Of a stretch of 45,448 nucleotides of DNA, positions 8,075-17,182 are shown in pieces. Source of the DNA: Archaeoglobaceae archaeon (GTDB lineage: Archaea > Halobacteriota > Archaeoglobi > Archaeoglobales > Archaeoglobaceae). The first letter of the stretch is position 1, and the number at the start of each line of letters is the position of its first letter. Location: contig JBKHKH010000001.1 in NCBI GenBank assembly GCA_046537735.1, positions 1-45,448 of the forward strand, given 5' to 3'. Made by a program: the position numbers and the translations under genes. Under the pieces are notes generated by a model. That model was not told where the DNA came from and did not search any database. It saw only the letters and a program-made list of their open reading frames with translations.

Positions 8075-9229
8075 TTATTCGTATCTTAAAGCCTCTATGG
8101 GTTCAAGGTTGCTGGCCTTCCATGCCGGGTATATCCCGCTGAGCACTGCCACCAGTATTCCAAAACCTACTCCCTCGATAATATATATTGCTGTTGTTGC
8201 TGTGAACAGGTATTCGACGCTCTCCAGAACTATCATGTTGATAGCGAAGCCACCCAGAATGCTTAATATACCTCCAATGGCACCACCCACCACTCCCAGG
8301 ATTAGAGCCTCCAACAGAAATATTCTGAGTATAACTTGTCTGTAAGCCCCTATAGCCCTCATAACACCAATTTCCTTGGTCCTCTCGATGGTGGACATCA
8401 GCATGATGTTCAATATGCTCACTCCAGCTACCAGCAAGGAGATCCCTGCTATGGCCATTAAAAAGGCGGTGATCTGTCGAAATGCCTCATTAATGCTATC
8501 CAGTATTTGTCTCATCTCAAAGACCTGAACTTTTTCCTCTCTTAGGTTGATCCTTCCCTCTACATGCTCCATGAATTCGTCCACGTCATTGATGCTCTCC
8601 ACCCTGACTATTATCTGGGTGTAACCTTCATCGAAGGTGTTATCGAAGTCGTCCATCTGGAGAAAGACCACGTTATTGGGGTTTATGTCATATCTGACCT
8701 CTTCTTTGAGTATGGTATTGACCCTGAAGTCTCTTCCTGCAACCGTTAGCTTACTCCCTTCTCTGAGGTTAAAATTGTCGGCGATGCTCCCTCCAACTAC
8801 ACAGCCACCTCTCTTCAGCTTCACATCTTCTCCCCCATCCTCGGCCTGAAAGAGGTCACCGATATTGTTCCCCTCAACGCCATAGATGGTAGAGTAAACC
8901 CTATCTGATTTATACTCGATAAGATCTCTGCTGCTTTTTATGGGGATGAAAGTCTCGATCCCCCGTAAGTTCCTTATCTTATCCACCACGTCTTTATCTA
9001 TCTCGGAATAGCCTTCACCTGTTGCGGGGAATATCTGCACCTGGGTGGCCAGGTCCTCAAAGTTCTGGGTCACAGATGCTCTCAGACTCTCCCCGAAGAT
9101 GCCTATGGATGCTATGGCCATGACACCAATAATTATGCCAATGATTGCTAAGGAACTCCTCACTTTGGTCCTAAGCAGATTTCTCCTGGCCAGTTCAAGG
9201 TACACCGGAATCACCGCCCGTGTTACCAT
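8075..9229 (-). CDS. MacB/FtsX-type ABC transporter permease
   Basis: N-terminal LELARRNLLRTKVRSSL + TM1, large extracytoplasmic domain of about 220 aa, and a C-terminal FtsX 3-TM bundle. Start trimmed to ATG 9227-9229; overlaps the ATPase gene by 35 nt. Confidence 0.87.
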   Translation of the reverse strand: MVTRAVIPVYLELARRNLLRTKVRSSLAIIGIIIGVMAIASIGIFGESLRASVTQNFEDLATQVQIFPATGEGYSEIDKDVVDKIRNLRGIETFIPIKSSRDLIEYKSDRVYSTIYGVEGNNIGDLFQAEDGGEDVKLKRGGCVVGGSIADNFNLREGSKLTVAGRDFRVNTILKEEVRYDINPNNVVFLQMDDFDNTFDEGYTQIIVRVESINDVDEFMEHVEGRINLREEKVQVFEMRQILDSINEAFRQITAFLMAIAGISLLVAGVSILNIMLMSTIERTKEIGVMRAIGAYRQVILRIFLLEALILGVVGGAIGGILSILGGFAINMIVLESVEYLFTATTAIYIIEGVGFGILVAVLSGIYPAWKASNLEPIEALRYE

Positions 9230-9893
9230 CGGCAATTTTCCCGTCAACCAATCTGATCGCCCTATGTGCGTAATTGGAGATGTAGGGGTCGTGGGTGACC
9301 AGGACCACTGTTAATCCCTGTTCCTTGTTCAGATCCTCGATCATCTTCATTACCACTTCTCCACTCCTGGTGTCCAGGTTTCCTGTGGGCTCATCGCACA
9401 GCAAAATGGAGGGGTTGTTGGATAATGCTCTCGCAATGGAAACTCTCTGCTGTTGACCACCGCTCATCTCAGTGGGTTTTCTGTTCAGCTCTTTCTCAAG
9501 GCCCACAAGCTTCAGTATGTCCTTGGCTTTCTCTCTTTCAGACCTGGATGCCTGGCGGAAGATCATGGGGAGCTCCACGTTCTCGAAAGCGGTTAAGGTG
9601 GGAATGAGGTTGTAGTGCTGGAAGACAAAGCCGATGGCGTCCCTCCTCAACCTGGTCAACTCGCTATCAGATAGGTCTGAAGTGTTGGTCCCGTTTATAA
9701 TCACTTTACCGCTGGTGGGCTTGTCAAGACATCCCAGCACATTGAGGAACGTGGATTTACCGCTGCCCGAAGGACCCATGACGGATAAGAACTCCCCTTC
9801 CGCTACTTTCAGGGAGATGCCATCAAGGGCTCTGACCTCCATGGGTCCACTCTGATAGATCTTGCTTACCTCTTGCAGCTCAATAATGTTCAT
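9195..9893 (-). CDS. ABC transporter ATP-binding protein (LolD/MacB family)
   Basis: Walker A GPSGSGKST, Q-loop FVFQHYNL, signature [15 protein letters not shown], Walker [14 protein letters not shown]-loop VTHD. Confidence 0.93.
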   Translation of the reverse strand: MNIIELQEVSKIYQSGPMEVRALDGISLKVAEGEFLSVMGPSGSGKSTFLNVLGCLDKPTSGKVIINGTNTSDLSDSELTRLRRDAIGFVFQHYNLIPTLTAFENVELPMIFRQASRSEREKAKDILKLVGLEKELNRKPTEMSGGQQQRVSIARALSNNPSILLCDEPTGNLDTRSGEVVMKMIEDLNKEQGLTVVLVTHDPYISNYAHRAIRLVDGKIADGNTGGDSGVP

Positions 9894-9894
9894 A

Positions 9895-11256
9895 CTACTT
9901 TCTCGATTTTATCCAGATAACTGCTACCAGAGCAAGAACAACTATGGCGATTACGGAGCCTATCATCATCAGGTTGCCACCTCCGGTCGCTTGACTGACC
10001 TTCTCTTCTGGAAGGGATATTTCCTGGCCAAGTTCCACCTTCTCTCCCAGCTCATTGTTCCATGAAACGGTCAGGAAGCCTTTGCTGGCGTTCATGTTGG
10101 AGAACTCGAACTCAAAGCTGTCGAAGTCCGAAACATCGATCGAGCCCAGATAGAAAGTCTTGATCTCGTTGCCCACCTGCATGGAGAGGAGGACATTGTA
10201 AACAGTGCTTCTTCCGCTGTTGCTCACGTCCCCGGAGATGGTGGTGCCGTCAACTTCTTTCTCTGTCCTGATGTTGCTGACGGAGACCGGTTTTTCTTCC
10301 AGAGCAAGGAATCTCACCTCTTTTGTCTCTGAGTACTGATTATTCAATTCGTCCTTATATGAGATGTCCATTTGGATGGTGTTCTCGCCTGTATTCCGGG
10401 GAGAGAACTGGAATGAAACTCTTGAACTCTTTTCGCTGCCCAAGGAGGCTATTTCCTTGGTTTTCTCTGAGTCTTTGAGGGAGGCTGTGACTTTAATGGA
10501 GTATATGGTGTCGTTCCTCAAGTTGGAGACGGTCACATCGAGGGGGACCACATCTCGGACCGGCACGGAGTTGTAGGGGATTGAAGCGTTGATTATTATC
10601 CCTTTTGTCTCACGGTATTCAGGGGTTACAGTTTTTACTACCTGATGGTAGTTCCTGCCATTGTAGTATGATATCTTGAAGGAAAGGTCTTCTCTGCTTT
10701 CTGGGGTATATCTGAAGGCTCCTTTCTGGGAGGAGGTTAAATCACCGAGATAGATTATCTTGGGGTCTGCGTCGAAGCGAGCCTCAACGGACACCTCCTT
10801 TATGCTGCCAATGGGATTGGTAAGATGGAAATTCAGGTTGTTGACCTCATTGAGCTTGAGTGGCGAGGTCAGGATTATGTCCGGCTGTTTGTTCTCTACA
10901 TTGACTAGGATAAGGCGCTTGACTGTTTCGTTTTCTGTCCGGACGTGCATCTCGATCGAATAGCTACCTGCTTGTTTTGCTTGGACGGTGAAGGGAAAAT
11001 CATAGGTGGAACCAGTAGGAATTGTGCCTACATCGCTAATCGAGTCAGGCTCCACATTGAGCTTGGTGTAAAGTACTATCTCTCTGACCTTAACATCATA
11101 TGCTCCCTTGTTGCTCAGGGTAACAGTGTAATCTACTTTATCTCCAGGTAAAATCGTATCAGGGGTGTGCTCAACGTCCACAGAAACTTTAGCTGACGCT
11201 ATGGGTAAAAACATTAGTAACAATAGGATCGATAAGCAAATCTTAACTTTATTCAT
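9895..11256 (-). CDS. Secreted, C-terminally anchored CARDB/COG1361-like repeat protein
   Basis: Signal peptide MNKVKICLSILLLLMFLPIASA, repeated beta-sandwich-like units (VDYTVTLSNKGAYDVKV, LDVTVSNLRNDTIYSIKV, ISGDVSNSGRSTVYNV) and a C-terminal TM + basic tail (IAIVVLALVAVIWIKSRK). Start set to ATG 11254-11256. The 608-aa track ORF extends spuriously through the Yip1 gene. Confidence 0.8.
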   Translation of the reverse strand: MNKVKICLSILLLLMFLPIASAKVSVDVEHTPDTILPGDKVDYTVTLSNKGAYDVKVREIVLYTKLNVEPDSISDVGTIPTGSTYDFPFTVQAKQAGSYSIEMHVRTENETVKRLILVNVENKQPDIILTSPLKLNEVNNLNFHLTNPIGSIKEVSVEARFDADPKIIYLGDLTSSQKGAFRYTPESREDLSFKISYYNGRNYHQVVKTVTPEYRETKGIIINASIPYNSVPVRDVVPLDVTVSNLRNDTIYSIKVTASLKDSEKTKEIASLGSEKSSRVSFQFSPRNTGENTIQMDISYKDELNNQYSETKEVRFLALEEKPVSVSNIRTEKEVDGTTISGDVSNSGRSTVYNVLLSMQVGNEIKTFYLGSIDVSDFDSFEFEFSNMNASKGFLTVSWNNELGEKVELGQEISLPEEKVSQATGGGNLMMIGSVIAIVVLALVAVIWIKSRK

Positions 11257-11303
11257 GGTTTTTTTGGATTTAAGTGGGTTTAAATATTTTATTAGTGGCA
11301 GAT

Positions 11304-11954
11304 TTAGATGTAGCCCCACAATGTATAGGCTGTATAACCGACGTAGGCCAGAAATGGGAGCAGGACAGTTATCGCAGCATTTCTGGTGGATAGCCCTCTG
11401 GCGTGCTTTAGTCCGAAGGTCCAGATGGTGAGGCTCCACACTCCGAATGCAAGGCTGACTATTATGCTGAAATAGACGAAATCTGCGGGAAGCATGGTGC
11501 TCATGATCTCGTTCACGAACTCTCCGCTCTGGATGTCCGTCATGCTCAGTTTTGGAACTCTTGCGCTGGCGATATACTGGGCACCAACAGCGGTAGTGAT
11601 GGCGGAAGCAAGTATGGAGGGCATAAAACCATATCCTGTGAACTCCAGGGTCCTCTTGAACAAGCCCTGTCCACCGAAATAAGATGAAATGACGTGCATT
11701 ATGGCCGAGACCGCCACCCAAACGATCATCATAACGGCAAAAGAACCTATGAACCCAATATATGCTCCGAGCCTGACGATTCCAGCGAAATCAGATGGAA
11801 AAGCTTCAGCCAGTTTGATGGTGATCAAGAACTGGTTAATGCCCCCGATTATGGACAGGACAAGGATTATCAATAGAGGCACCTTCAAACTGATCTCTTT
11901 CCCCTTTAATTCTTCAAAAAATCTACCGGGGTCGGATATTAGATTCAATGCCAT
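11304..11954 (-). CDS. Yip1-domain membrane protein
   Basis: NxxxDPGRFFEEL start followed by five hydrophobic helices, the archaeal Yip1/DUF1282-like pattern. Confidence 0.75.
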   Translation of the reverse strand: MALNLISDPGRFFEELKGKEISLKVPLLIILVLSIIGGINQFLITIKLAEAFPSDFAGIVRLGAYIGFIGSFAVMMIVWVAVSAIMHVISSYFGGQGLFKRTLEFTGYGFMPSILASAITTAVGAQYIASARVPKLSMTDIQSGEFVNEIMSTMLPADFVYFSIIVSLAFGVWSLTIWTFGLKHARGLSTRNAAITVLLPFLAYVGYTAYTLWGYI

Positions 11955-12022
11955 GCCCTCACTTGGCTGTGGAGTATAAAAATTTTTGTCATCTCCTGAT
12001 TAAGCTTAGCTACTTCCCTGAT

Positions 12023-14353
12023 TTAGCTCACGAACTCTTTGGTGACCTTCTCGATGTTCATTTTGGATATGAATCTCAGTCCGGGTAGAATGGACAGGGA
12101 GAGAATAACGAACACCATGATTATGGTTAAAACATATGTTCTGAAGTAGATGACGAAGGGGATCTGGAAAAGCTCGCTGGAGAATGCCAGCATGAACAGG
12201 TAGGCAGCGGCGTAGCTCAGGGGGACGCCCACTATTGTTCCGGTCACCCCTATCAACATATTCTCTATAAAGAGAGAAGACCCCATCTGTCTGGTGGTGT
12301 AGCCCAGCACCCTCAGGGTGGCCAGCTCTTTCCTTCTCTCCATAATATTGATGGAAGTGGCATTGAAGATGGCAGCGAAACCCAGACTGGCGCCAAAGGC
12401 CAGGGAGAAGAAGATAAATACGTAGGAGAACTCCATCATATCATTTATATACTCTATCACCACCGCCTTGGAGTTCACTTCCAGCACCCCGGGGAGGTCT
12501 TCCAGCTGTTCCTGGACTCTATCATGTTCTCCGGGTTTGGCTTTCACTATGATGGTGTTATAACCATCCGCACTCAGAACTTCTTGAAGGTGGTCAAGGG
12601 AGGCGTAGGCGTTTGGTGTTAGAGAGTGCGAGAAAGTACGGTGAACCTCACTCTTTTTCTTCCCTTTTTCGGTCACAAAGGTAAATTGCTGCCCTTCTAG
12701 CAGACTTAAATTCTGTGCAGTGCTTTGAGGAAGCAGTATCCCATCAGGGGGTGGCATGATCCGATTGCCGTTCAGATCATAGATGTTGTACAGATTCTGG
12801 TTACCCATACCTATGAGATTTATGGATTTGGAGTCATCACCCCTCTCTATTAGCATCCAGGTCATGATTAGGGGTTGAGCCTCCTCCACTCCCTGAATGG
12901 ATTTTACCTCCTTCAATGCGGTGTTATCCACGTAAGATGAGTATCTAACTTCGAAATCGTAGTTCATTACTTTATTGAATTGCAGGTCGAGGGTCTCCTC
13001 AATAGCATCCAGAAAGACCACAGAATTCATGATTAGCATTATGGCCGCCACCACGCTGAAAGCAGAATAAGCAGCCCTTTTTCTGTTCCTGAAGGTGTTT
13101 CTAAGGCTCAACCTGGTCAGTGTAGATAGTTTGATGAAGGAGAATAACTTATCTACTTCCAGACCTTTGGTCTGGGTCTCGAATGAACCTCTTAGCGACT
13201 GAACGATTTCCAGCTCAGCAGCTCTTTTGGCTATGAAAATGCCTGAAATAGCGGGTGCAAGAGTACCGATGAACAGGCCCAAAAGCAGTATCTCGATGTG
13301 TGGTCTGGCTACGTAATAGGGGACGTTGATAACATCCGTGTACTGCATGGTCATCACTATGGACAGAGTATAGCCTACAATTATACCTGCAACTGAGCCT
13401 ATGACTCCAATGAACAGGGAGTGCTTGAGGTAGTGGAACAGTATTGTATTTTTTCTGAATCCCAGAGCTCTGAGAACCCCGATGTTGTGTGTCTGCTCAT
13501 TTATAAGCCTGACAAGCAGGACATAAACTGCAAATATGGATATGAATAGAATAAATCCGGGTATCAGTATGGCCAGCTCTCTGAAACCCTCCAGATCGAG
13601 CTGTAGCGCCTGGTTGCTGGGCTGCTCTTCTCTGGTGTAGAAGTTCTTTATGCCGTAGGGTTCAAAGATCTGTCTAGCTCTATTGAGTATCTCCTCTCTC
13701 CGGCTCTCATCATAGACAGTAAAATGGACTTCATTGATTTCCCCCTGATGTCCAAAGCTCTCCAGGGTCTCATAGGGAACAAAAGCTATACCCAGGGTTC
13801 GAGGAGAAACAAAGAAGCTGCCCTCCTCAATTATCCAGATATACTCAGGACTGTATGCCAATCCGGTAATCTTTAGCTGCAACTTCTCCCCATCGATCCT
13901 GGGGGATATGGTCTCTCCTGCATGTATGTTGTGATAGTCCGCAAACTGTTTCAACAGGATGGCAGAACTGTAAGCATTCTTGGGGATGTAATCGCCCTCT
14001 ACATACAGCTGGTTAACTTTGGGCTGCTCTCCATCAGGAACGGATATGAGTATAAGGGTTGCCTGCTGGCCCCTGATCTCTAGGGTGGATTTGATGGACA
14101 ACCTGCCCTCTACTTCCTTGATCCCATCTAGCTTCTTCAAGTCTTTGAGGAGGGATGCGGGTGCGGGGTTGAACTTTATTCCTGCATCCTCGAAATCGGT
14201 TCTTTGATAAAAGTCGTTGTAGGTATCGGAGAGATTCAGATAGGAAATGTAGAAGGAGGTGAAGAGAGCAATTCCTAAAAATATTATGAAAGTAACTCCC
14301 AAGAACATCCCTTTTCGGGACTTAATGTCCCTCCACACCTTCCTATTAAGCAT
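12023..14353 (-). CDS. ABC transporter permease with two FtsX domains (fused double MacB-like permease)
   Basis: 776 aa. The unit of TM1 + large external domain + 3-TM FtsX bundle occurs twice (RALGFRK... and LRVLGYTTRQ... signature loops). Confidence 0.87.
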   Translation of the reverse strand: MLNRKVWRDIKSRKGMFLGVTFIIFLGIALFTSFYISYLNLSDTYNDFYQRTDFEDAGIKFNPAPASLLKDLKKLDGIKEVEGRLSIKSTLEIRGQQATLILISVPDGEQPKVNQLYVEGDYIPKNAYSSAILLKQFADYHNIHAGETISPRIDGEKLQLKITGLAYSPEYIWIIEEGSFFVSPRTLGIAFVPYETLESFGHQGEINEVHFTVYDESRREEILNRARQIFEPYGIKNFYTREEQPSNQALQLDLEGFRELAILIPGFILFISIFAVYVLLVRLINEQTHNIGVLRALGFRKNTILFHYLKHSLFIGVIGSVAGIIVGYTLSIVMTMQYTDVINVPYYVARPHIEILLLGLFIGTLAPAISGIFIAKRAAELEIVQSLRGSFETQTKGLEVDKLFSFIKLSTLTRLSLRNTFRNRKRAAYSAFSVVAAIMLIMNSVVFLDAIEETLDLQFNKVMNYDFEVRYSSYVDNTALKEVKSIQGVEEAQPLIMTWMLIERGDDSKSINLIGMGNQNLYNIYDLNGNRIMPPPDGILLPQSTAQNLSLLEGQQFTFVTEKGKKKSEVHRTFSHSLTPNAYASLDHLQEVLSADGYNTIIVKAKPGEHDRVQEQLEDLPGVLEVNSKAVVIEYINDMMEFSYVFIFFSLAFGASLGFAAIFNATSINIMERRKELATLRVLGYTTRQMGSSLFIENMLIGVTGTIVGVPLSYAAAYLFMLAFSSELFQIPFVIYFRTYVLTIIMVFVILSLSILPGLRFISKMNIEKVTKEFVS

Positions 14354-14381
14354 CAGATCACCAGAACACCGTTAAGGACTG

Positions 14382-15077
14382 CTACCAGTATAGTTTCTCG
14401 GGGTCTAAAGGTTGTTCATTCTCCACGATATTATCGATGGTGCCGTCCTTTAAGCGAACTATTCTATCCGCCATTTGGGCTATGGATGAGTTGTGAGTAA
14501 CCACGATGAAGGTTATCTTCTCCTTGTGGCACACTTCTCTCATGTACTTCAGCACCTTTTTCCCCGTCTCAAAATCCAGATTCCCCGTGGGCTCGTCTGC
14601 CAGTATGAGGGGCGGATTCTTTACCAGCGCCCTGGCGATGGAGACTCTCTGTTGTTCACCACCGGAGAGCTCGGAAGGAAAATGATCGGCCCTCTCCTTC
14701 AACCCCACCGTATCCAGAACCTCATCGGCATCTCTGGGCTTCTCTACCAGCTCGGAAGCCAGCTGAACGTTCTCTCTGGCGGTTAGGGTAGGTATCAGAT
14801 TGAAGAACTGGAACACGAAACCGATATTCTCTCTTCTGTGGTAGGTCAGCCCCTCTTCGTCAAGTTGGGTAACGTCCGTGCCTTTGAACACCACTTTACC
14901 CTTGTTGGGGACATCGATCCCTCCGATTATGTTGAGGAGAGTGGTCTTCCCCGAACCGCTCGGTCCCAGGACGACGATAAACTCCCCCTCATCTATCTCG
15001 AAGTAGACTTCTCTCAGGGCATGGACTTCTTCAGCTCCGATCCTGAAGATCTTCCACACATTCTCCAGAGTAAGCAT
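14382..15077 (-). CDS. ABC transporter ATP-binding protein (LolD/MacB family)
   Basis: Walker [10 protein letters not shown], signature [15 protein letters not shown], Walker [14 protein letters not shown]-loop VTHN. Start trimmed to ATG 15075-15077 (MLTLENVWK), 4 nt after the upstream stop. Confidence 0.93.
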   Translation of the reverse strand: MLTLENVWKIFRIGAEEVHALREVYFEIDEGEFIVVLGPSGSGKTTLLNIIGGIDVPNKGKVVFKGTDVTQLDEEGLTYHRRENIGFVFQFFNLIPTLTARENVQLASELVEKPRDADEVLDTVGLKERADHFPSELSGGEQQRVSIARALVKNPPLILADEPTGNLDFETGKKVLKYMREVCHKEKITFIVVTHNSSIAQMADRIVRLKDGTIDNIVENEQPLDPEKLYW

Positions 15078-15081
15078 GCTG

Positions 15082-16566
15082 CTACTTCTTCCTCCAATTA
15101 TATTTATAGCCCACAAATGCAATCACTATCAGCACTATCAGAACTGCGGCGATCTGTCCGAGGTAGCTCTTTTCTGCTATGTACTGGGAGAAGCTCCTGG
15201 TGACCGTGTGTTGTTCAAATGTGGTGTCCATGTAGTTGATATCTACTTCGATATGGTGGTCTCCGGAGGAGCCTGCCGTGAGATCGAAGGATGCTGTGGC
15301 AGAATCCCCACTCTCCAGACTGCCGATGAAGTAGCTACTCCTTCCCTTGAAATCTGGCGGGAGCTTTAAGGCCAGACTGACCGCTTTGGCATCCTGGTTA
15401 CCGCTGTTCTCTACCTGAAGAGATAGCTTGTAGTTCTCGCCTGCCGTGGGCGTGTCCGGCGAAGTAAAGACTCCTGCTATATCCAGGCTGATCCTGCCCG
15501 GTGAGCTGACGAACACCGGGAAGTCTTTAGTAGAAGAATACGTCTTTCCAGACTCGTCCTCATAGCTCATGTCCAGGATGAATGTATGGTCTCCAATGGA
15601 GGTCTTGTTTTGGGCTTTTAAGTTGAATTTAGCCGTTTTGGTACTGTCTCTGTTCACAGTCCCCAGGAATTTGGTACCTTCTCCTTCAAAATTTTGAGGG
15701 ATGTTCAAGGAAAGCCTGGTGTTCTCTGCATTGCTTGTGCCTGAGTTCTCGATTCCCACATTCAGTGTAAATTCATCTTCGGGGAATACTCTGTCGGGAG
15801 TGGTGGCCACTTCTGAGATAATCAATTGAGGAGTTCCTTTCACCTTCAAGGGAATGGGAATGGTCTCTGATTGAGGCTCTCCAAACTCATTTCTGTAGCT
15901 CAATTGGAGGTCCAGTTGATATACCCCCGTGCTAACGGATTTGTCTGCGGTGAGGGAAAAGGCAAGCTCTTTCTGTTTATTGCTCTCCCAGCTGTCGAAA
16001 ACAACCTTTCCCAGATTGCTAACAATTTTTTCTGGTGTGCTCATGGAGATGCTGACGTCCTTGGCTCTTCCACCCCCATTCAAGACCTTGATGCTGTAAT
16101 CCTCTGTTCCGGAAGGTGCGATGGTCAACTCTTTAGAGACACTGAACTGGGGCTCGTCAATCACTTTTAAGGCTATTACCCTGTTGATGCTTGCCTTGTA
16201 GAGGTATTCACCGTAATCGTAATCTATTCTGGCCTTTATTTCGTATATACCTGCTTTTTCCGCTCTCATCTTCAATTGGGCGGAGCTCGACCCCGTGGCC
16301 AGATCGCCCAGGGAAAGAATGATGCTTGAGACTTCTTTCCCTCCACTGAGAATAGATAGATCATCTTCTTTCTCGTAAAGAAATAGTTTAACGTTTTTGG
16401 CATTGCCACCAGCGTTCTGCAGGTCCACACTCAGTATAAAGTCTCCTGTACCCGGATTTTCCGGCACAGTATGATGATCTACAGTTATAATCGGCTGACC
16501 TGACACGCCAGCAGCTAAAAAACTCAAGATAAGTATCGAAAACAAAAATTTCCACCAAATCCTCAT
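15082..16566 (-). CDS. Secreted, C-terminally anchored CARDB/COG1361-like repeat protein
   Basis: Signal peptide MRIWWKFLFSILILSFLAAGVSG. Four repeats with the VxxxNxGxxxAxxV pattern (SVDLQNAGGNAKNV, IKVLNGGGRAKDV, VGIENSGTSNAENT, LQVENSGNQDAKAV). C-terminal TM + KYNWRKK. Confidence 0.82.
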   Translation of the reverse strand: MRIWWKFLFSILILSFLAAGVSGQPIITVDHHTVPENPGTGDFILSVDLQNAGGNAKNVKLFLYEKEDDLSILSGGKEVSSIILSLGDLATGSSSAQLKMRAEKAGIYEIKARIDYDYGEYLYKASINRVIALKVIDEPQFSVSKELTIAPSGTEDYSIKVLNGGGRAKDVSISMSTPEKIVSNLGKVVFDSWESNKQKELAFSLTADKSVSTGVYQLDLQLSYRNEFGEPQSETIPIPLKVKGTPQLIISEVATTPDRVFPEDEFTLNVGIENSGTSNAENTRLSLNIPQNFEGEGTKFLGTVNRDSTKTAKFNLKAQNKTSIGDHTFILDMSYEDESGKTYSSTKDFPVFVSSPGRISLDIAGVFTSPDTPTAGENYKLSLQVENSGNQDAKAVSLALKLPPDFKGRSSYFIGSLESGDSATASFDLTAGSSGDHHIEVDINYMDTTFEQHTVTRSFSQYIAEKSYLGQIAAVLIVLIVIAFVGYKYNWRKK

Positions 16567-17102
16567 TTATCCAACCTCCTGCATTTAACAAAATCTTTGG
16601 CAAGCTTCCTGTAATTCTCAATATCACCGATATCGTAGAACATTGAATATAAGGCAAGCCCATCGAACATGGCCATTACTGCAGTTGCCGTTACAGCCGG
16701 GTCCTTGATGCCCTCTTTTTCAAATAAAGGGATCACAATTTTGTTCAATTCCTCATAAAACCCTCTGAAAAGCTCAAAATCCCCAGAATGGAGCACTTTA
16801 CCGCTGATGTAGGCAAAGAAGTTCATTACATGGGGTAAATTGATAAAGTTGTCTACTGTAACATCGATCAAGTCGTCAACGCTATGTATCTTTTTAATGG
16901 ACTCTGTAAACAGCTTATTGAACGTGTAGTATGCCACTTCTTTCTCCAGATTATCTTTGCTCTTAAAATGGTAGAAAATAAGCCCTTTTGATACTCCTAC
17001 GGCTTCAGCCACCTCATCAACGGTTACCATTTGAGGCGGTTTGGATGTATAGAGATCGAGAGCGTTCTCCAGTATCCTGGTTTTAACTGACTGGTCAGTC
17101 AT
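16563..17102 (-). CDS. TetR/AcrR family transcriptional regulator
   Basis: N-terminal HTH TVDEVAEAVGVSKGLIFYHFKSKDNL and an all-helical C-terminal domain. ATG at 17100-17102 preferred over the upstream in-frame TTG. The stop overlaps the next start (ATGA). Confidence 0.87.
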   Translation of the reverse strand: MTDQSVKTRILENALDLYTSKPPQMVTVDEVAEAVGVSKGLIFYHFKSKDNLEKEVAYYTFNKLFTESIKKIHSVDDLIDVTVDNFINLPHVMNFFAYISGKVLHSGDFELFRGFYEELNKIVIPLFEKEGIKDPAVTATAVMAMFDGLALYSMFYDIGDIENYRKLAKDFVKCRRLDK

Positions 17103-17123
17103 ATTGACTAACTGGTCAGTCAA
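17083..17123 (-). promoter_or_regulatory. Tandem pair of 20-bp imperfect palindromes overlapping the tetR start (candidate operators)
   Basis: Reverse strand reads TTGACTGACCAGTTAGTCAAT ATGACTGACCAGTCAGTTAAA, a direct repeat of about 21 nt. Copy 1 is TTGACTgACc/aGTtAGTCAA (8 of 10 symmetric). Copy 2 contains ACTGAC-CA-GTCAGT. Confidence 0.4.
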
Positions 17124-17182
17124 AGTATGTAAGGCTTGTGGATGCTCCAGTCCACAATTACAACGAATCTGTGTTCATTCTT

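Noticed and set aside
11257-11721. N-terminal 155 aa of the 608-aa track ORF 9895..11721 (MGGGLGHNARHF...), which overlaps the Yip1 gene in another frame
   Set aside because: The segment is Arg/His/Cys-rich with no membrane or signal features and runs through a well-supported Yip1 CDS. A canonical signal peptide begins at the internal ATG 11254-11256, so the extension is treated as spurious.
15078-15122. Upstream extensions of several track ORFs (14382..15122, 16563..17123, 23027.., 26009.., 30366.., 31619..32236, 41502..41969, 6089..7150, 8075..9247)
   Set aside because: The extensions begin at TTG/GTG or early codons that overlap the preceding gene or lack an RBS. Internal ATGs give N-termini matching family consensus (for example [14 protein letters not shown] for ArgG), so the starts were trimmed.
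16388-16663. 91-aa minus-strand ORF spanning the tetR / COG1361 junction, and 17304..17513 inside the CPBP gene
   Set aside because: They are out of frame with two well-supported genes that already share an ATGA overlap. The translations are Arg/Cys-rich and unstructured.
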